64,000 bases of DNA, taken from NCBI GenBank assembly GCA_963848135.1, contig CAWKCK010000018.1:200938-264937 (forward strand), read 5' to 3'. Of the stretch, positions 10,867 through 20,905 are shown one piece after another. The position numbers were made by a program, and so were the translations under genes. The notes beneath the pieces are model-generated. The model had not been told where the DNA came from. It worked only from the letters and a program-made list of their open reading frames with translations, and ran no database searches. How positions within the stretch are numbered: position 1 is the stretch's first letter; the number at the start of each line of letters is the position of its first letter. Source of the stretch: an uncultured delta proteobacterium. GTDB taxonomy: Bacteria > Desulfobacterota > Desulfobacteria > Desulfobacterales > SG8-13.

Positions 10867-12525
10867 TCAGGAACGTATAACCGTCACAAAGGGCAAGATT
10901 ACCGGCCGCCGTCCAATCGTGAAATAAAAATACTGCCGCAAGGTGGACTGCAATCTCGCCCGAATAATTTTAATGCGGTCGGGAACTTCAGGGCCGACAT
11001 CCTCGACGATTTCGAGAATCACACATTGGGCGTCCTGCACGAGATGACCGGTTTCGGTCTCGAACACAAACCCGCGCGAAACGATCTCCGGCCCGTATAT
11101 CACAATACCCGTTTCCTCATCGAAAACCAGATTGACCACAACGAGGCCTTCTTCGGACAGCAAGCGTCTCTCTTTCAGAACGCTACGGCCGACGTCTCCA
11201 ACTCCTTTTCCGTCGATGAGCACCCTTCCGGTCATCACCGTGTCGTTCACTTTACCGCAGGTCTTGTCAAATTCGATAATGTGCCCGTTTTCTGCAAGCA
11301 GGACTCTCTCGGACGGAACACCCATTTGTTGGGCTAACCGTGAATGCAGCACCAAATGTCTGTACTCTCCGTGAATCGGGATGATATACTTGGGCCGGGT
11401 CAGGTTGATCATCAATTTAAGCTCTTCCTGAAAGGCATGTCCGGACACGTGGATTTCGGAGATTTTTTCGTAAATGACGTTAGCGCCCCTCTTGTAGAGC
11501 CTGTTTATGATATTGCCAATGGCCCTCTCATTTCCAGGAATAAATTTTGAAGAGAGAATGACCGTGTCTTCTTTTTTTATACTGAGTTGCTTGTGATTGC
11601 CTGCCGCCATGCGGGCTAATGCAGACATGGGTTCTCCCTGGCTGCCTGTGGTCGCAATAATGACCTCGTCGTCGGGGTACTGATTAACTTCGCTGATGTC
11701 GATGCCCATGCCGTCGGGAACAGTAATATAACCAAGTTCCCGGGCCAGGTTGACGGCGACTTCAATGCTGCGGCCGCTGAAAACGATCTTCTTCCCGCGT
11801 TCACGGGCGATATCGACGATGTGCTGGATACGGTTGATGTTCGAAGCAAAAAGCGCGATGATTATACGGCCTTTACTCTCGTCGATGATCTTGGCCAGCT
11901 TGTCGCGGATCTCTCGCGCCGAAATGGTGTAGCCTTCTTTTTCTATGTTTGTTGAATCGGACAGAAGGGCCAGAACGCCTTCTTCTCCGCACTGGGCAAA
12001 TCGGCCGACATCAGTTGCCAGGCCGTCACCAAGGCTGTGGCTGATTTTGAAATCCCCGGTATGAACGATCAGGCCCAACGGCGTGCGGATGGCAAGGCCG
12101 ACACCGTCAACCACACTATGACCGACCTGAATGAATTCAAGCATAAAAGGTCCCAGCTTCAACTGTTCGCCCGGATGGATTTCGTGCAGACCTCTTGGTA
12201 CGGTCGTGTCGTACTCCTGGAGTTTGTGTCGTACGACGCCGAGAGTAAATGGTGTACCGAATACTGGCGCATTGACTTCCTTTAGCAAAAAAGGCAGCGC
12301 ACCGATGTGGTCCTCGTGAGCGTGAGTCAGGACGATGCCGGAAATCAACGTGCGGTTCCGCTTCACGTAATCCATATCCGGAATAACGAAATCGACCCCC
12401 AGCATGTAGTCCTCTGGAAACATCAGGCCGGCGTCGACGATAAACAGTGTCGTGCCGTACTCGAACACCATCATATTAAGGCCGATCTCTCCGAGCCCGC
12501 CGAGAGGAATGATCTTTAACTGCAA
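10867..12525 (-). CDS. rnj: Ribonuclease J
   Basis: PLGGLGEIG, THAHEDHIG, HTGDFK, HVSGH and IHGEYRH motifs. Confidence 0.95.
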   Translation of the reverse strand: MQLKIIPLGGLGEIGLNMMVFEYGTTLFIVDAGLMFPEDYMLGVDFVIPDMDYVKRNRTLISGIVLTHAHEDHIGALPFLLKEVNAPVFGTPFTLGVVRHKLQEYDTTVPRGLHEIHPGEQLKLGPFMLEFIQVGHSVVDGVGLAIRTPLGLIVHTGDFKISHSLGDGLATDVGRFAQCGEEGVLALLSDSTNIEKEGYTISAREIRDKLAKIIDESKGRIIIALFASNINRIQHIVDIARERGKKIVFSGRSIEVAVNLARELGYITVPDGMGIDISEVNQYPDDEVIIATTGSQGEPMSALARMAAGNHKQLSIKKEDTVILSSKFIPGNERAIGNIINRLYKRGANVIYEKISEIHVSGHAFQEELKLMINLTRPKYIIPIHGEYRHLVLHSRLAQQMGVPSERVLLAENGHIIEFDKTCGKVNDTVMTGRVLIDGKGVGDVGRSVLKERRLLSEEGLVVVNLVFDEETGIVIYGPEIVSRGFVFETETGHLVQDAQCVILEIVEDVGPEVPDRIKIIRARLQSTLRQYFYFTIGRRPVILPFVTVIRS

Positions 12526-13241
12526 GCCGGCCCTCCTTTCACCTCAGCGAACCGCTGGCAAAGCAGGTCCCGGGTTTTGTCCATCAACTCATCCTTGGTC
12601 GTCCGATCATATCCTGCGGTCTCGAACGGCGGCAGTATGTCAAGGGTGACCCGGCTGGGCTTAATCCTCAGCCTGTTCTTGGGCATTATGGACCAGGTTC
12701 CGTTGACAATTACCGGAAGAATTGGAACGCCCGCATCGACTGCCAGAATAAAAGGGCCCTTTTTAAAGGGCTTGATCATGCCGTCCAGGCTACGAGTGCC
12801 TTCCGGAAACACCAGAACGGAAGTGCCTTTTTTTATGGTGTCAGCGGCTTTGGCCAGGCTCCGAAAAGCGGATTCACGATTAGAACGATCAATGCTGATG
12901 TACCCGCAACCATGCATGGCCCGCCCAAACACCGGAATTTTGAACAATTCAGCTTTGGCTAACCAACGGAACTGCAACGGTAAATGTGCCAGAAGAACCG
13001 GTATGTCGAAATTGCTCTGGTGATTCACCATCACGATGGATGACCGAATTGGGTCAATGTGGTCGGCCCCTTTCACAGAAACGTCAATTCCACTAAAGGT
13101 TAGAATGGCCCTGGCCCATACCCGGCCCACCTTATGGGGCGCGTCGCCGGTCTTGCTGAAAATAGCCGCAACAATTGCCGCCGTGGCAAAAACGAATGTC
13201 AACAGCAGCGTGCCGCTGTATATGAATACTGTTCTGAACAT
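12516..13241 (-). CDS. plsC: 1-acyl-sn-glycerol-3-phosphate acyltransferase
   Basis: NHQSNFD and FPEGTRS motifs. Confidence 0.9.
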   Translation of the reverse strand: MFRTVFIYSGTLLLTFVFATAAIVAAIFSKTGDAPHKVGRVWARAILTFSGIDVSVKGADHIDPIRSSIVMVNHQSNFDIPVLLAHLPLQFRWLAKAELFKIPVFGRAMHGCGYISIDRSNRESAFRSLAKAADTIKKGTSVLVFPEGTRSLDGMIKPFKKGPFILAVDAGVPILPVIVNGTWSIMPKNRLRIKPSRVTLDILPPFETAGYDRTTKDELMDKTRDLLCQRFAEVKGGPACS

Positions 13242-13482
13242 TAAAAACCGATCACGAGGTTCACTGAAGAGACGCGGATCTGTCTGCTGCCCTCTGGGGT
13301 CGCCATCAACGGTGGTCGCAACGTCGAGCAAGTGACTGAAAAACAAAGACAAAACCTGTCAAACGAATTAAAAAGCACTCGCACCAGCTATAAAATATGC
13401 TGATTTCCGAATCCCGGTTGACCTTTCTGATGGTGTATTTCCTTATTTTCAGAAACTCAGGCGAACATTGCCGGCCGTATGG

Positions 13483-13815
13483 TCAGGTATGAATGTCGAG
13501 TTGTTCGAAAACGCCATCTATGACTTTGACAATCCAGTTACGCTGGGTACGGTTTGCGTAAGCGATGCAGTCGCAACGAATTCTATCTCGTGTGCGCACC
13601 AGCAGTTCACATGACAGAGTACTCTCCTGCAACTCTACGGCGAAATAAAAGGGTTTGCAATCGGCATGGGAATCCTGTGTTTCGGTTAAGTGTCCTGAAT
13701 CGATAGGAATCCAAAAAACGCCGCCGAGATCCGCTGGCCCGAACCGCTGTACCAGGTGCTCATTGAGTTTATCGTAGTCTTCCAAACGCAATTCATCGAT
13801 AACATATTGCTTCAT
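13483..13815 (-). CDS. Conserved hypothetical protein
   Basis: Clean ORF from MKQYVIDEL with an ELLVR...RCDC motif; no function recognised. Confidence 0.65.
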   Translation of the reverse strand: MKQYVIDELRLEDYDKLNEHLVQRFGPADLGGVFWIPIDSGHLTETQDSHADCKPFYFAVELQESTLSCELLVRTRDRIRCDCIAYANRTQRNWIVKVIDGVFEQLDIHT

Positions 13816-14056
13816 AACCGTAAGATTTAGCACAGAAAATAACCGCTTGCAAGGCGATTGTTGTCCGGCGGCAATCATGGTCAATTGACGGTATTCAGCA
13901 ACTCGGCTACAATAAAGATCCTCTATTGCCATCAAGGAACACGAACCGGAGCATATTAGGTGGCCCAACACCTAAAACGGCATAATGCATGTATATTTTG
14001 AGATTAATAGCAACGGTCATCTTATCCAATGGCCAACGAGATGAAAAGAGGAAAAA

Positions 14057-15178
14057 TTGTTGAAAAACGGCAACAAGATCGCTCTCCTTTCGTGCCTGTT
14101 CGCTGCTCTATTTTTCACTCAAGCCGCCGGAAGCCAGGCGATATTATCGCCTGGCAATGACCGCTCTTTTGAGCTTGAAGAATCCCCCGCGTTTTATGCC
14201 AATACCGAAGACGCCATACAGGGCAAGCAAACCGCTCCCCACCATCGCCAGGCATCACCGGCGGCAGCGTCTGACCCACCCCAGAGGATCGTAAGCCGTA
14301 AGGTCGACCAAAAACTTTCAGGGGGAGCAAACAGCCTCTGGCGATGGTTTTTCAATACCGGTTACCGCCATGATGAATTGGATTGGAGTTTTGCGCTACC
14401 GAACATAAACATCCGGTCTGAACTTCAATGGCGTAATTTAGAAGGCATTCAATTTGAATTCGGGTTGCAGCGGCGTCTGGGACGACATTTTCGGCTCAAA
14501 GGCAATCTGGCGTATTCCTTCCTCTTCGATGGCGACAACCAGGATTCCGACTTCAATGGTAATAATCGCTTCGATGAATTTTCCCGATCCAACAACAGCA
14601 CCGAGAACGGAGATCTATGGGATGCCTCCATCGGTCTGGCGTATGACGTGAACCTATTTGCCGACCGTATTGTTCTGTCGCCGCTCGTCGGCTACTCTTA
14701 CCATGACCAGAATCTGCAAATAACCCGCGGGAACCAGACAATACCGCCCCTGGGACCGATTCAAGGGCTCAATAGCAGCTATGACCCGACGTGGTACGGG
14801 CCATGGATCGGCGCGGAATTTTTATACAAAAACTACGGCCAATCCGCACCAAGGCCGGGCTACGAGGCCTTTTTTGGAGTCGAATACCATTTTGCAAATT
14901 TCGAAGCCCAGGCCGATTGGAATCTGCGTACGGATTTGGCCCACCCTGTCAGTTTTCGGCAGGATGCCGACGGGTCGGGGTGGGTCATGATGGGCGGGAT
15001 CAACTACCTTTTCAATCCGCGATGGAGTATAAATTTGATCGGGAAATATCAGAAATGGGAAACCTCTTCCGGAAGACACCGATTTTTCTTTTATGACGGC
15101 ACCTCCTTTCAGACAAGGCTGAACGGTGTGAATTGGGATTCATTCTCGCTTTCAGCGGGGATAACTTGCCGTTTCTGA
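14057..15178 (+). CDS. Outer-membrane beta-barrel protein (omptin-like)
   Basis: Signal peptide, alternating aromatic beta-strands, SELQW and NQDSDF segments, C-terminal Phe. Confidence 0.7.
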   Translation: MLKNGNKIALLSCLFAALFFTQAAGSQAILSPGNDRSFELEESPAFYANTEDAIQGKQTAPHHRQASPAAASDPPQRIVSRKVDQKLSGGANSLWRWFFNTGYRHDELDWSFALPNINIRSELQWRNLEGIQFEFGLQRRLGRHFRLKGNLAYSFLFDGDNQDSDFNGNNRFDEFSRSNNSTENGDLWDASIGLAYDVNLFADRIVLSPLVGYSYHDQNLQITRGNQTIPPLGPIQGLNSSYDPTWYGPWIGAEFLYKNYGQSAPRPGYEAFFGVEYHFANFEAQADWNLRTDLAHPVSFRQDADGSGWVMMGGINYLFNPRWSINLIGKYQKWETSSGRHRFFFYDGTSFQTRLNGVNWDSFSLSAGITCRF

Positions 15179-15415
15179 GCGTCTCGGACTGGCTGCTGGC
15201 CATGGCGACACCCCTGACAGGACCCAACCCACTGAATTATCATGAGCAATGATCGGTTCCCATCCATAGTTGGCTAAAACCCTATCGCGTACCCAATCCA
15301 TAGATGAAGATTGTATCAAGTGAGTAGGGCCGCACAGAGGTTTGCGGTGAAGCGCGCGGCAGTCGGATACTTGTGCAGGACAGCTCTCAACCAAAAAATC
15401 GAATAATGACGGAAA

Positions 15416-16690
15416 CTAACGATCGAACGACGGCAGATGTCCATCTCGGGTAAACGCCATCGGCCGCCAAGGGGTCAAAAATTCCAAGTCCGGATTCGCT
15501 TCCACTTCTGCAGACAACGATTTCGAAACCTGAAATTTTTCAAGGTATTTTGTGTCCTTAATCCGCACCAGACGGGCCGCTGCCGGATCACTCAGCCCGG
15601 CGGTGCTGGCACAGACGGCGATAGCCTCTTGATCAGTATCGACGCTAAGGGGAACGGCCGCTTTTTCCGGTGAAATGGCTGTGATAGCGTTCATGTAAGT
15701 TTTTTGCATGTCGAGAGCCTCTACCAGGCGACGGGTTGTAACATCCGCCAAACCGATTCCATTGCCGTTGCCGTCGGATCCCGGACTCAGCTCGCGCACG
15801 AAGATGCGTTTGACATGGGGCGCCATATTGAAATCTCCGACAAGGTCTCTGTGGCGGCCGGTAACGTTGGAATCCATACCGATCCCGCTGATGTCCTTGC
15901 CAAAGCGGTCGACCACAAGAATGTCTATGTCGCTAAAGGGAATACGGGCCATCATGGTTGATGCTGCCTTGAGGAGTTTCTTTTCGCCAGCCACAATGTT
16001 CTCCGGTGTTAGCGCTTCAATCCGGGATAAGTCACCAGAGCCGTCCTCCAACAGCGCCAGGCCATAAAGAATCGAACATTTTCGGAGTACGAGGCGAGCG
16101 GCCGCTTCAATAATTGAAAAGGTGTGCCGGACGGCTTGTCGATGAAATTCCGCCGCGCCATCCGCCTTCCCCAGACCGATCGTCAGCATCTTGCACAAAC
16201 CACTTTCGATGTCTGCCCGAAATTTCGTGTGAGGTTTTACACGGTTGATGACAACGATGTGGTCGGCGGCCAATGCTGCCCTGGAAAAGCAGATCTTCGT
16301 GCCATTGGAAAGCCGATCGACGACCTCCACCGCCATGTCAGGCTCGACCGGGATCCCCAAGGTGCTCTCGCAGATACCCAACTTTTCCAGAACGGCATGT
16401 TGTCCCTTGGCCGTCGCACCACCGTGACTGCCCATTGCCGGAACGATGAATGGCTTTAGTTGTTTTTGACACAAGAAATCGATGCACGCACTGGCGACCG
16501 TACCGATGGCGTTGATGCCGCGGCTTCCAACAGCTACCGCCACCGTTTGTCCGGGTTGATAGACCCCGTTAAGATCCAGACCTTTCAAAGCAGCATGAAC
16601 CGCCCCGGGGACATCGACGATCGCCGCCCGATGCAGTTTCTGCCGGACCAGTGCCATATCGGGAAAGGATTGAGAAGTTCTACTCGTCAT
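15416..16690 (-). CDS. LarA-like (lactate racemase domain / DUF2088-DUF362) protein
   Basis: VAVGSRGI, VPAMGSHGG, NRVKPHT, GKDISGIGMD and GNGIGLAD motifs. Confidence 0.7.
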   Translation of the reverse strand: MTSRTSQSFPDMALVRQKLHRAAIVDVPGAVHAALKGLDLNGVYQPGQTVAVAVGSRGINAIGTVASACIDFLCQKQLKPFIVPAMGSHGGATAKGQHAVLEKLGICESTLGIPVEPDMAVEVVDRLSNGTKICFSRAALAADHIVVINRVKPHTKFRADIESGLCKMLTIGLGKADGAAEFHRQAVRHTFSIIEAAARLVLRKCSILYGLALLEDGSGDLSRIEALTPENIVAGEKKLLKAASTMMARIPFSDIDILVVDRFGKDISGIGMDSNVTGRHRDLVGDFNMAPHVKRIFVRELSPGSDGNGNGIGLADVTTRRLVEALDMQKTYMNAITAISPEKAAVPLSVDTDQEAIAVCASTAGLSDPAAARLVRIKDTKYLEKFQVSKSLSAEVEANPDLEFLTPWRPMAFTRDGHLPSFDR

Positions 16691-16893
16691 GGTCTTTTTC
16701 TGGATTCAGTAAGCACAAGTCAAGCCGGAAGAATGAACGTTGTTTTAGATGATTTTTGTGTGACTGAAAGTGGTTGCCGGATTGGAAAGAATCATGCAGG
16801 AAGAAATTGCCTCCGGGATGTCGGCAGGATGGACCTGGAGCATGGCCTTTCGGAACCGCTACACAATCAGTTCCGAAAGGCGAGCAGAACAGT

Positions 16894-17082
16894 TTAGGTC
16901 TCTTCGACAGTGATGGCGCCAGGTTCGCAAACTTCAATGCAGCTTTCACAACCGAGGCATTCTTCAGCATTCACCGGACTCGATTTTCCGTCCTGCATTT
17001 CAAACACTTCGACTGGGCAAACATCCACACACTCTTCACAACCTTCACATTTGTCCTCATCAACAATGGGGTTGAAAGCCAT
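16894..17082 (-). CDS. Ferredoxin, 2x[4Fe-4S] type
   Basis: Two CxxCxxCxxxC motifs in an acidic 62-aa protein; strong RBS. Confidence 0.93.
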   Translation of the reverse strand: MAFNPIVDEDKCEGCEECVDVCPVEVFEMQDGKSSPVNAEECLGCESCIEVCEPGAITVEET

Positions 17083-17274
17083 AACCGAATTCTCCTTTCT
17101 TGAGATTTTGGAAAAAGGTGATCCACATCACCTGTTGCTTCCAAACATGGAAAAAAGTCTTTATACCAATTAAAAAGGCGAGTCAAGCCTTGTTGTATTT
17201 TTATCGTCGATACAGAAATTCGAATGGATGACCATAAGAATTATCTTTAATTCTTACTGGTTATGAATATAAAT

Positions 17275-18294
17275 TCAAATTTCTATCAAGGCGACAACTG
17301 TGTTTTCTGGTTCTGGACCCAACGTTTGATCTTTCTTTAGAAATTCGGATTGCAGACCGACCGACTTATGAAATAAAGCTCTCGGAGACTTGCCGGCGAT
17401 CAGAAATACCGTCAGTTTTAGCCGCTGTGCGGCATCATCTAATTTGGGAACCATGGGCCAATCCATCCCGGTTGCCGTTTCCAGGGCATGGTTAGCGCCC
17501 GTCACCAACTGGAGCCGATCCAGAAGTTGACGGCGCCAGTTTTTAAAAACTTGCGGATTGTTGCCAACCACTGGAATGTCTTCCATCGTAAACATTTTTA
17601 CAGCATCGGCCATCACGGCAACAGAGTGGTCAACAGCTGGCCGGCTGGTCGTAACAAAAATCCCGGGAAGGTTCGTATCGGCCGACTCGGCAACGCCAGC
17701 CACCAGGAGCCACCAGGCCCGAAGACGCTCTTGGATCATATAGTCCTGCTGCATACCGGAGCCCGTCGCCACAGGACTGGCTGGTTGCGGTGCGGGGGCA
17801 CCGCCGTTCAGTTCGCTGAAAAGCTTTTTCTCGAATTCATCATGCCGCCGCAAGTCTGTCGCCAGGGCTTCGGCCCCCAAGTCCATTTCCTGGGCGATAC
17901 TGAGGAAAACCCTTGCGCTGAAAAACCGCGATACGGACGCCGATTCTCTGGGAATTCTTCCCCTTTTGATGTCGGCCCGAATTTGTGCCACGGACGTCTC
18001 ATCGAAATACGGCACCTTGCCCATGTGTGACCTGAAGTAGTCGAAACCTGTGCGATGCTGGCCACCGTACATGGCAGCCCAATTACGATAGTCCTTCAAC
18101 ACGAGGGCGAGTCGGTCCTCGTCACCTCTTGGTGGAACGATCATTTCAATCAACTCTCCCTGTTCCCATTCACGCATGACGTTAGGGACATCCCGTCGGG
18201 AGGGCTGATATACCACCACGGGGCTAAAACATGTTTGAATCGCCGCCATGCTCGCCACCGGTATGTACGTTTGTGGATAGCAAATGGGTCTCAT
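17275..18294 (-). CDS. Hypothetical protein
   Basis: 339-aa ORF co-oriented with its neighbours; no recognised motif. Confidence 0.65.
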   Translation of the reverse strand: MRPICYPQTYIPVASMAAIQTCFSPVVVYQPSRRDVPNVMREWEQGELIEMIVPPRGDEDRLALVLKDYRNWAAMYGGQHRTGFDYFRSHMGKVPYFDETSVAQIRADIKRGRIPRESASVSRFFSARVFLSIAQEMDLGAEALATDLRRHDEFEKKLFSELNGGAPAPQPASPVATGSGMQQDYMIQERLRAWWLLVAGVAESADTNLPGIFVTTSRPAVDHSVAVMADAVKMFTMEDIPVVGNNPQVFKNWRRQLLDRLQLVTGANHALETATGMDWPMVPKLDDAAQRLKLTVFLIAGKSPRALFHKSVGLQSEFLKKDQTLGPEPENTVVALIEI

Positions 18295-18450
18295 TCTATC
18301 TGCTCCTGCGCTGGTTCGGGGCGATAACCCCCTTATTAAGCATTATCGTATCCGATAGTATCTGATTGACGGCTACCGATGGGGCCTTTGTGTCCGCTGC
18401 CTGACAGCGAAAAGTAAGGCCCGGCCTGAAAACTCCCGCACCCAGGGATG

Positions 18451-20736
18451 TCAGGCGTTCCCGAATTTCTGGTCTTGAACACTCACTCCCATACTTCTGA
18501 GCTGCTCACGAAGCCTATCGGCCACGACCCAGTTGTGGTCGGCGCGTGCCTTATCTCTCTCCCGCACCAGCGCTGCGATGGCCGGGTCGTTTTGCTGACC
18601 GACGAAATCAATCACGTTCAAAACACCGTCCAAACTTTGAAATGCATCGAGGATTTTTCGGGCGCCTTCCAGGTCTATCCGTTGATTCTTAATCAGCTGG
18701 TTTACTTTTTTGACGACTTTGAAGACAGCTGCCAAAGCGGCTGGAATGTTCATATCGTCATCAAGACCGCTGGTGAATCCGTGTCTGAGGTCATATAGTA
18801 GTTGGTCAAGTTCGGGATATGACGGGCCTGACTTCACGCCGCGCAAATTGCGGATGCAATTGTTCAGGCGGTTCAGTGACCGCTGGGCGTCATCCAATCT
18901 ACCCCGCCTAAAGGCCACCGGCTTGCGGTAGGAAGATGTGATCAGCCAGAACCGGATCACCTTGTCTGGGTAGCCCAAGGCTTGCAGATCGGCCAGGGCC
19001 AATCCGGGACTCTTGTTATCTACTTTATGACCATCGGCCAATACCAAATCAGAATCGATCCAATATGTTGCCAGCGGCTTTCCAGTGGCGGCTGTGGCAA
19101 TGGCATTGACATTCTCGTGATGGGGAAACATCAACTCGCGGCTGCTGGCGTGGATGTCAAACTGCTCACCGAGGTATTTATTTGAAATGGCCGAGGCCTG
19201 CAGATGCCAGGACGGCCGCACATTGCCCCACGCGGTTTTTATATAAATACCTCTTTTCAGCTCCGACAAGCGGGCGCGCTTGAACAGGGTAAAATCTCTT
19301 GGATTGTCCTTTTCATATTCGTCCAAGTCAACCGTTGCTCCGATACGAATTTTGTTGATGTCAATACCTGAAAGCTGGCCGTATTGGGATAAACGCGATA
19401 TATCGAAATAAAGGGATCGGAGCTTTTCGTAGGCAAAACCTTTCTGTACCAACCGATCGGCCAGTTCAACCATATCATCGAGATGCTCACTGGTTCGCGC
19501 GAGAATTTCGGCCGGTCTAATGCCAAGGGTATCCAGGTCGTGCCTAAACTGCTCGATATGTCGATTTGTATAAACCCCCAGATCCTCGCCAGCGGCTTCG
19601 GAACCTGAAATCGTCTTGTCATCCAGATCGGCAATGTTTATGACGTGATTGAGTGTGTAACCTCGGAAAACCAAATATCTGCAGAGCAAATCTGAAACAA
19701 TGAAGCGCCGCATTTCACCAAGATGGATCGGTGCGTGGGCCGTCGGTCCGCACGTACAGATGGAAACTTTTCCCGGAACCGCCGGTACAAAGGGTTCCTT
19801 CGATCGGCTCATGGTGTTGAACAACTTTAAATCGACCTTTTCCTTAACGACGAACAGCGGTGTGCTCAAATAGCGTTCCCCGCCGTCGGGTAAAATCACC
19901 ACAATCGTACCGGTCTCCATGGCCTGGGCCTCCCGAGCAGCGATCGCCATGGCCGCACCGCTGCTCATACCAACCAGCAGTCCCTCATCCCGGGCCATAC
20001 GTCGGGTCATTTCAAAGGCCTCTTCGTCATCGATGTTGATCTTTTTATCCAGAAGGTTCTTATCAAAAATTTCCGGGCAGTAGGCCTCCTTCATATTTTT
20101 CAGACCTTGGATTTTGTGGCCAAGATAGGGTTCGATACCAATGATCTGAATCGCCGGATCGTATTCTTTCAACTTTCTGGCCAGGCCCATGAGCGTGCCG
20201 GATGTCCCCAGGGTTGCCACAACGGCGGAGAGTTTCCCCCCGGTCTGCTCCCAGATCTCAACGGCTGTGCCGTTGTAGTGCGCTTGCCAGTTGGCTGGAT
20301 TATTGAACTGATCTGTCATGAAATAGGTTTCAGGATTCTCTCGCACCAAACGGTAGACTTCTTCAATGGCCCCGTCCGTGCCAAGGTGCCCGGGGGTCAA
20401 CAGGATTTCAGCCCCACGGGCTTTTAATATTTTCTGGCGTTCCACACTCACCGCCTCAGACATGGCCAGCAGCAACTGGTAACCCTTGACAGAGCAAACC
20501 AGCGCCAAGCCAATCCCGGTATTTCCGGATGTGGCCTCGATAACGATTTTATCGGCAGTCAGTTCGCCAGATCCTTCGCCAGCTTCGATCATTGACAGGG
20601 CCGCCCGGTCTTTTATGGAACCACCGGGATTGAAATACTCCAACTTAGCCAACACCTTCACCCCCGGATTAGGGTTGAGGTGGCGTATTTCCACCACAGG
20701 CGTATTGCCGATTAGATCGAGAATTGATTGTCCCAT
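18451..20736 (-). CDS. Fusion of PLP-dependent cysteine synthase (CysK/CysM) and a degenerate cysteinyl-tRNA synthetase-like domain
   Basis: First ~295 aa: NPGGSIKDR, EATSGNTG, QFNNPAN, GTSGT. Remainder: CGPT, DDK, RPSWH, FPHHEN, DDDMN and a CysRS-type C-terminal anticodon region. Confidence 0.92.
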   Translation of the reverse strand: MGQSILDLIGNTPVVEIRHLNPNPGVKVLAKLEYFNPGGSIKDRAALSMIEAGEGSGELTADKIVIEATSGNTGIGLALVCSVKGYQLLLAMSEAVSVERQKILKARGAEILLTPGHLGTDGAIEEVYRLVRENPETYFMTDQFNNPANWQAHYNGTAVEIWEQTGGKLSAVVATLGTSGTLMGLARKLKEYDPAIQIIGIEPYLGHKIQGLKNMKEAYCPEIFDKNLLDKKINIDDEEAFEMTRRMARDEGLLVGMSSGAAMAIAAREAQAMETGTIVVILPDGGERYLSTPLFVVKEKVDLKLFNTMSRSKEPFVPAVPGKVSICTCGPTAHAPIHLGEMRRFIVSDLLCRYLVFRGYTLNHVINIADLDDKTISGSEAAGEDLGVYTNRHIEQFRHDLDTLGIRPAEILARTSEHLDDMVELADRLVQKGFAYEKLRSLYFDISRLSQYGQLSGIDINKIRIGATVDLDEYEKDNPRDFTLFKRARLSELKRGIYIKTAWGNVRPSWHLQASAISNKYLGEQFDIHASSRELMFPHHENVNAIATAATGKPLATYWIDSDLVLADGHKVDNKSPGLALADLQALGYPDKVIRFWLITSSYRKPVAFRRGRLDDAQRSLNRLNNCIRNLRGVKSGPSYPELDQLLYDLRHGFTSGLDDDMNIPAALAAVFKVVKKVNQLIKNQRIDLEGARKILDAFQSLDGVLNVIDFVGQQNDPAIAALVRERDKARADHNWVVADRLREQLRSMGVSVQDQKFGNA

Positions 20737-20905
20737 CTTTACCCACCGTTGATTCAGTGTTTTCTTCTTTTGTGTCTACCAATCAATGCTCGATGGCATG
20801 CTTGCGTGTTCCATTTCGGGATGGAAACGTTATAGATCCATTGTCGCCGACAAACCCAGAGCAGCTAACACGAATTTGAAAAGCCGAAAGGCTCGAAACA
20901 TTCGT

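Noticed and set aside
8553..12649. Numerous + strand ORFs antisense to ftsK and rnj (and similar shadow ORFs throughout the window)
   Set aside because: They are antisense shadows of well-conserved genes in moderately GC-rich sequence.
16845..16881. Hairpin downstream of the ferredoxin gene
   Set aside because: The stem is good but has no U-tract on the coding strand, so it could not be called as a terminator or ncRNA.
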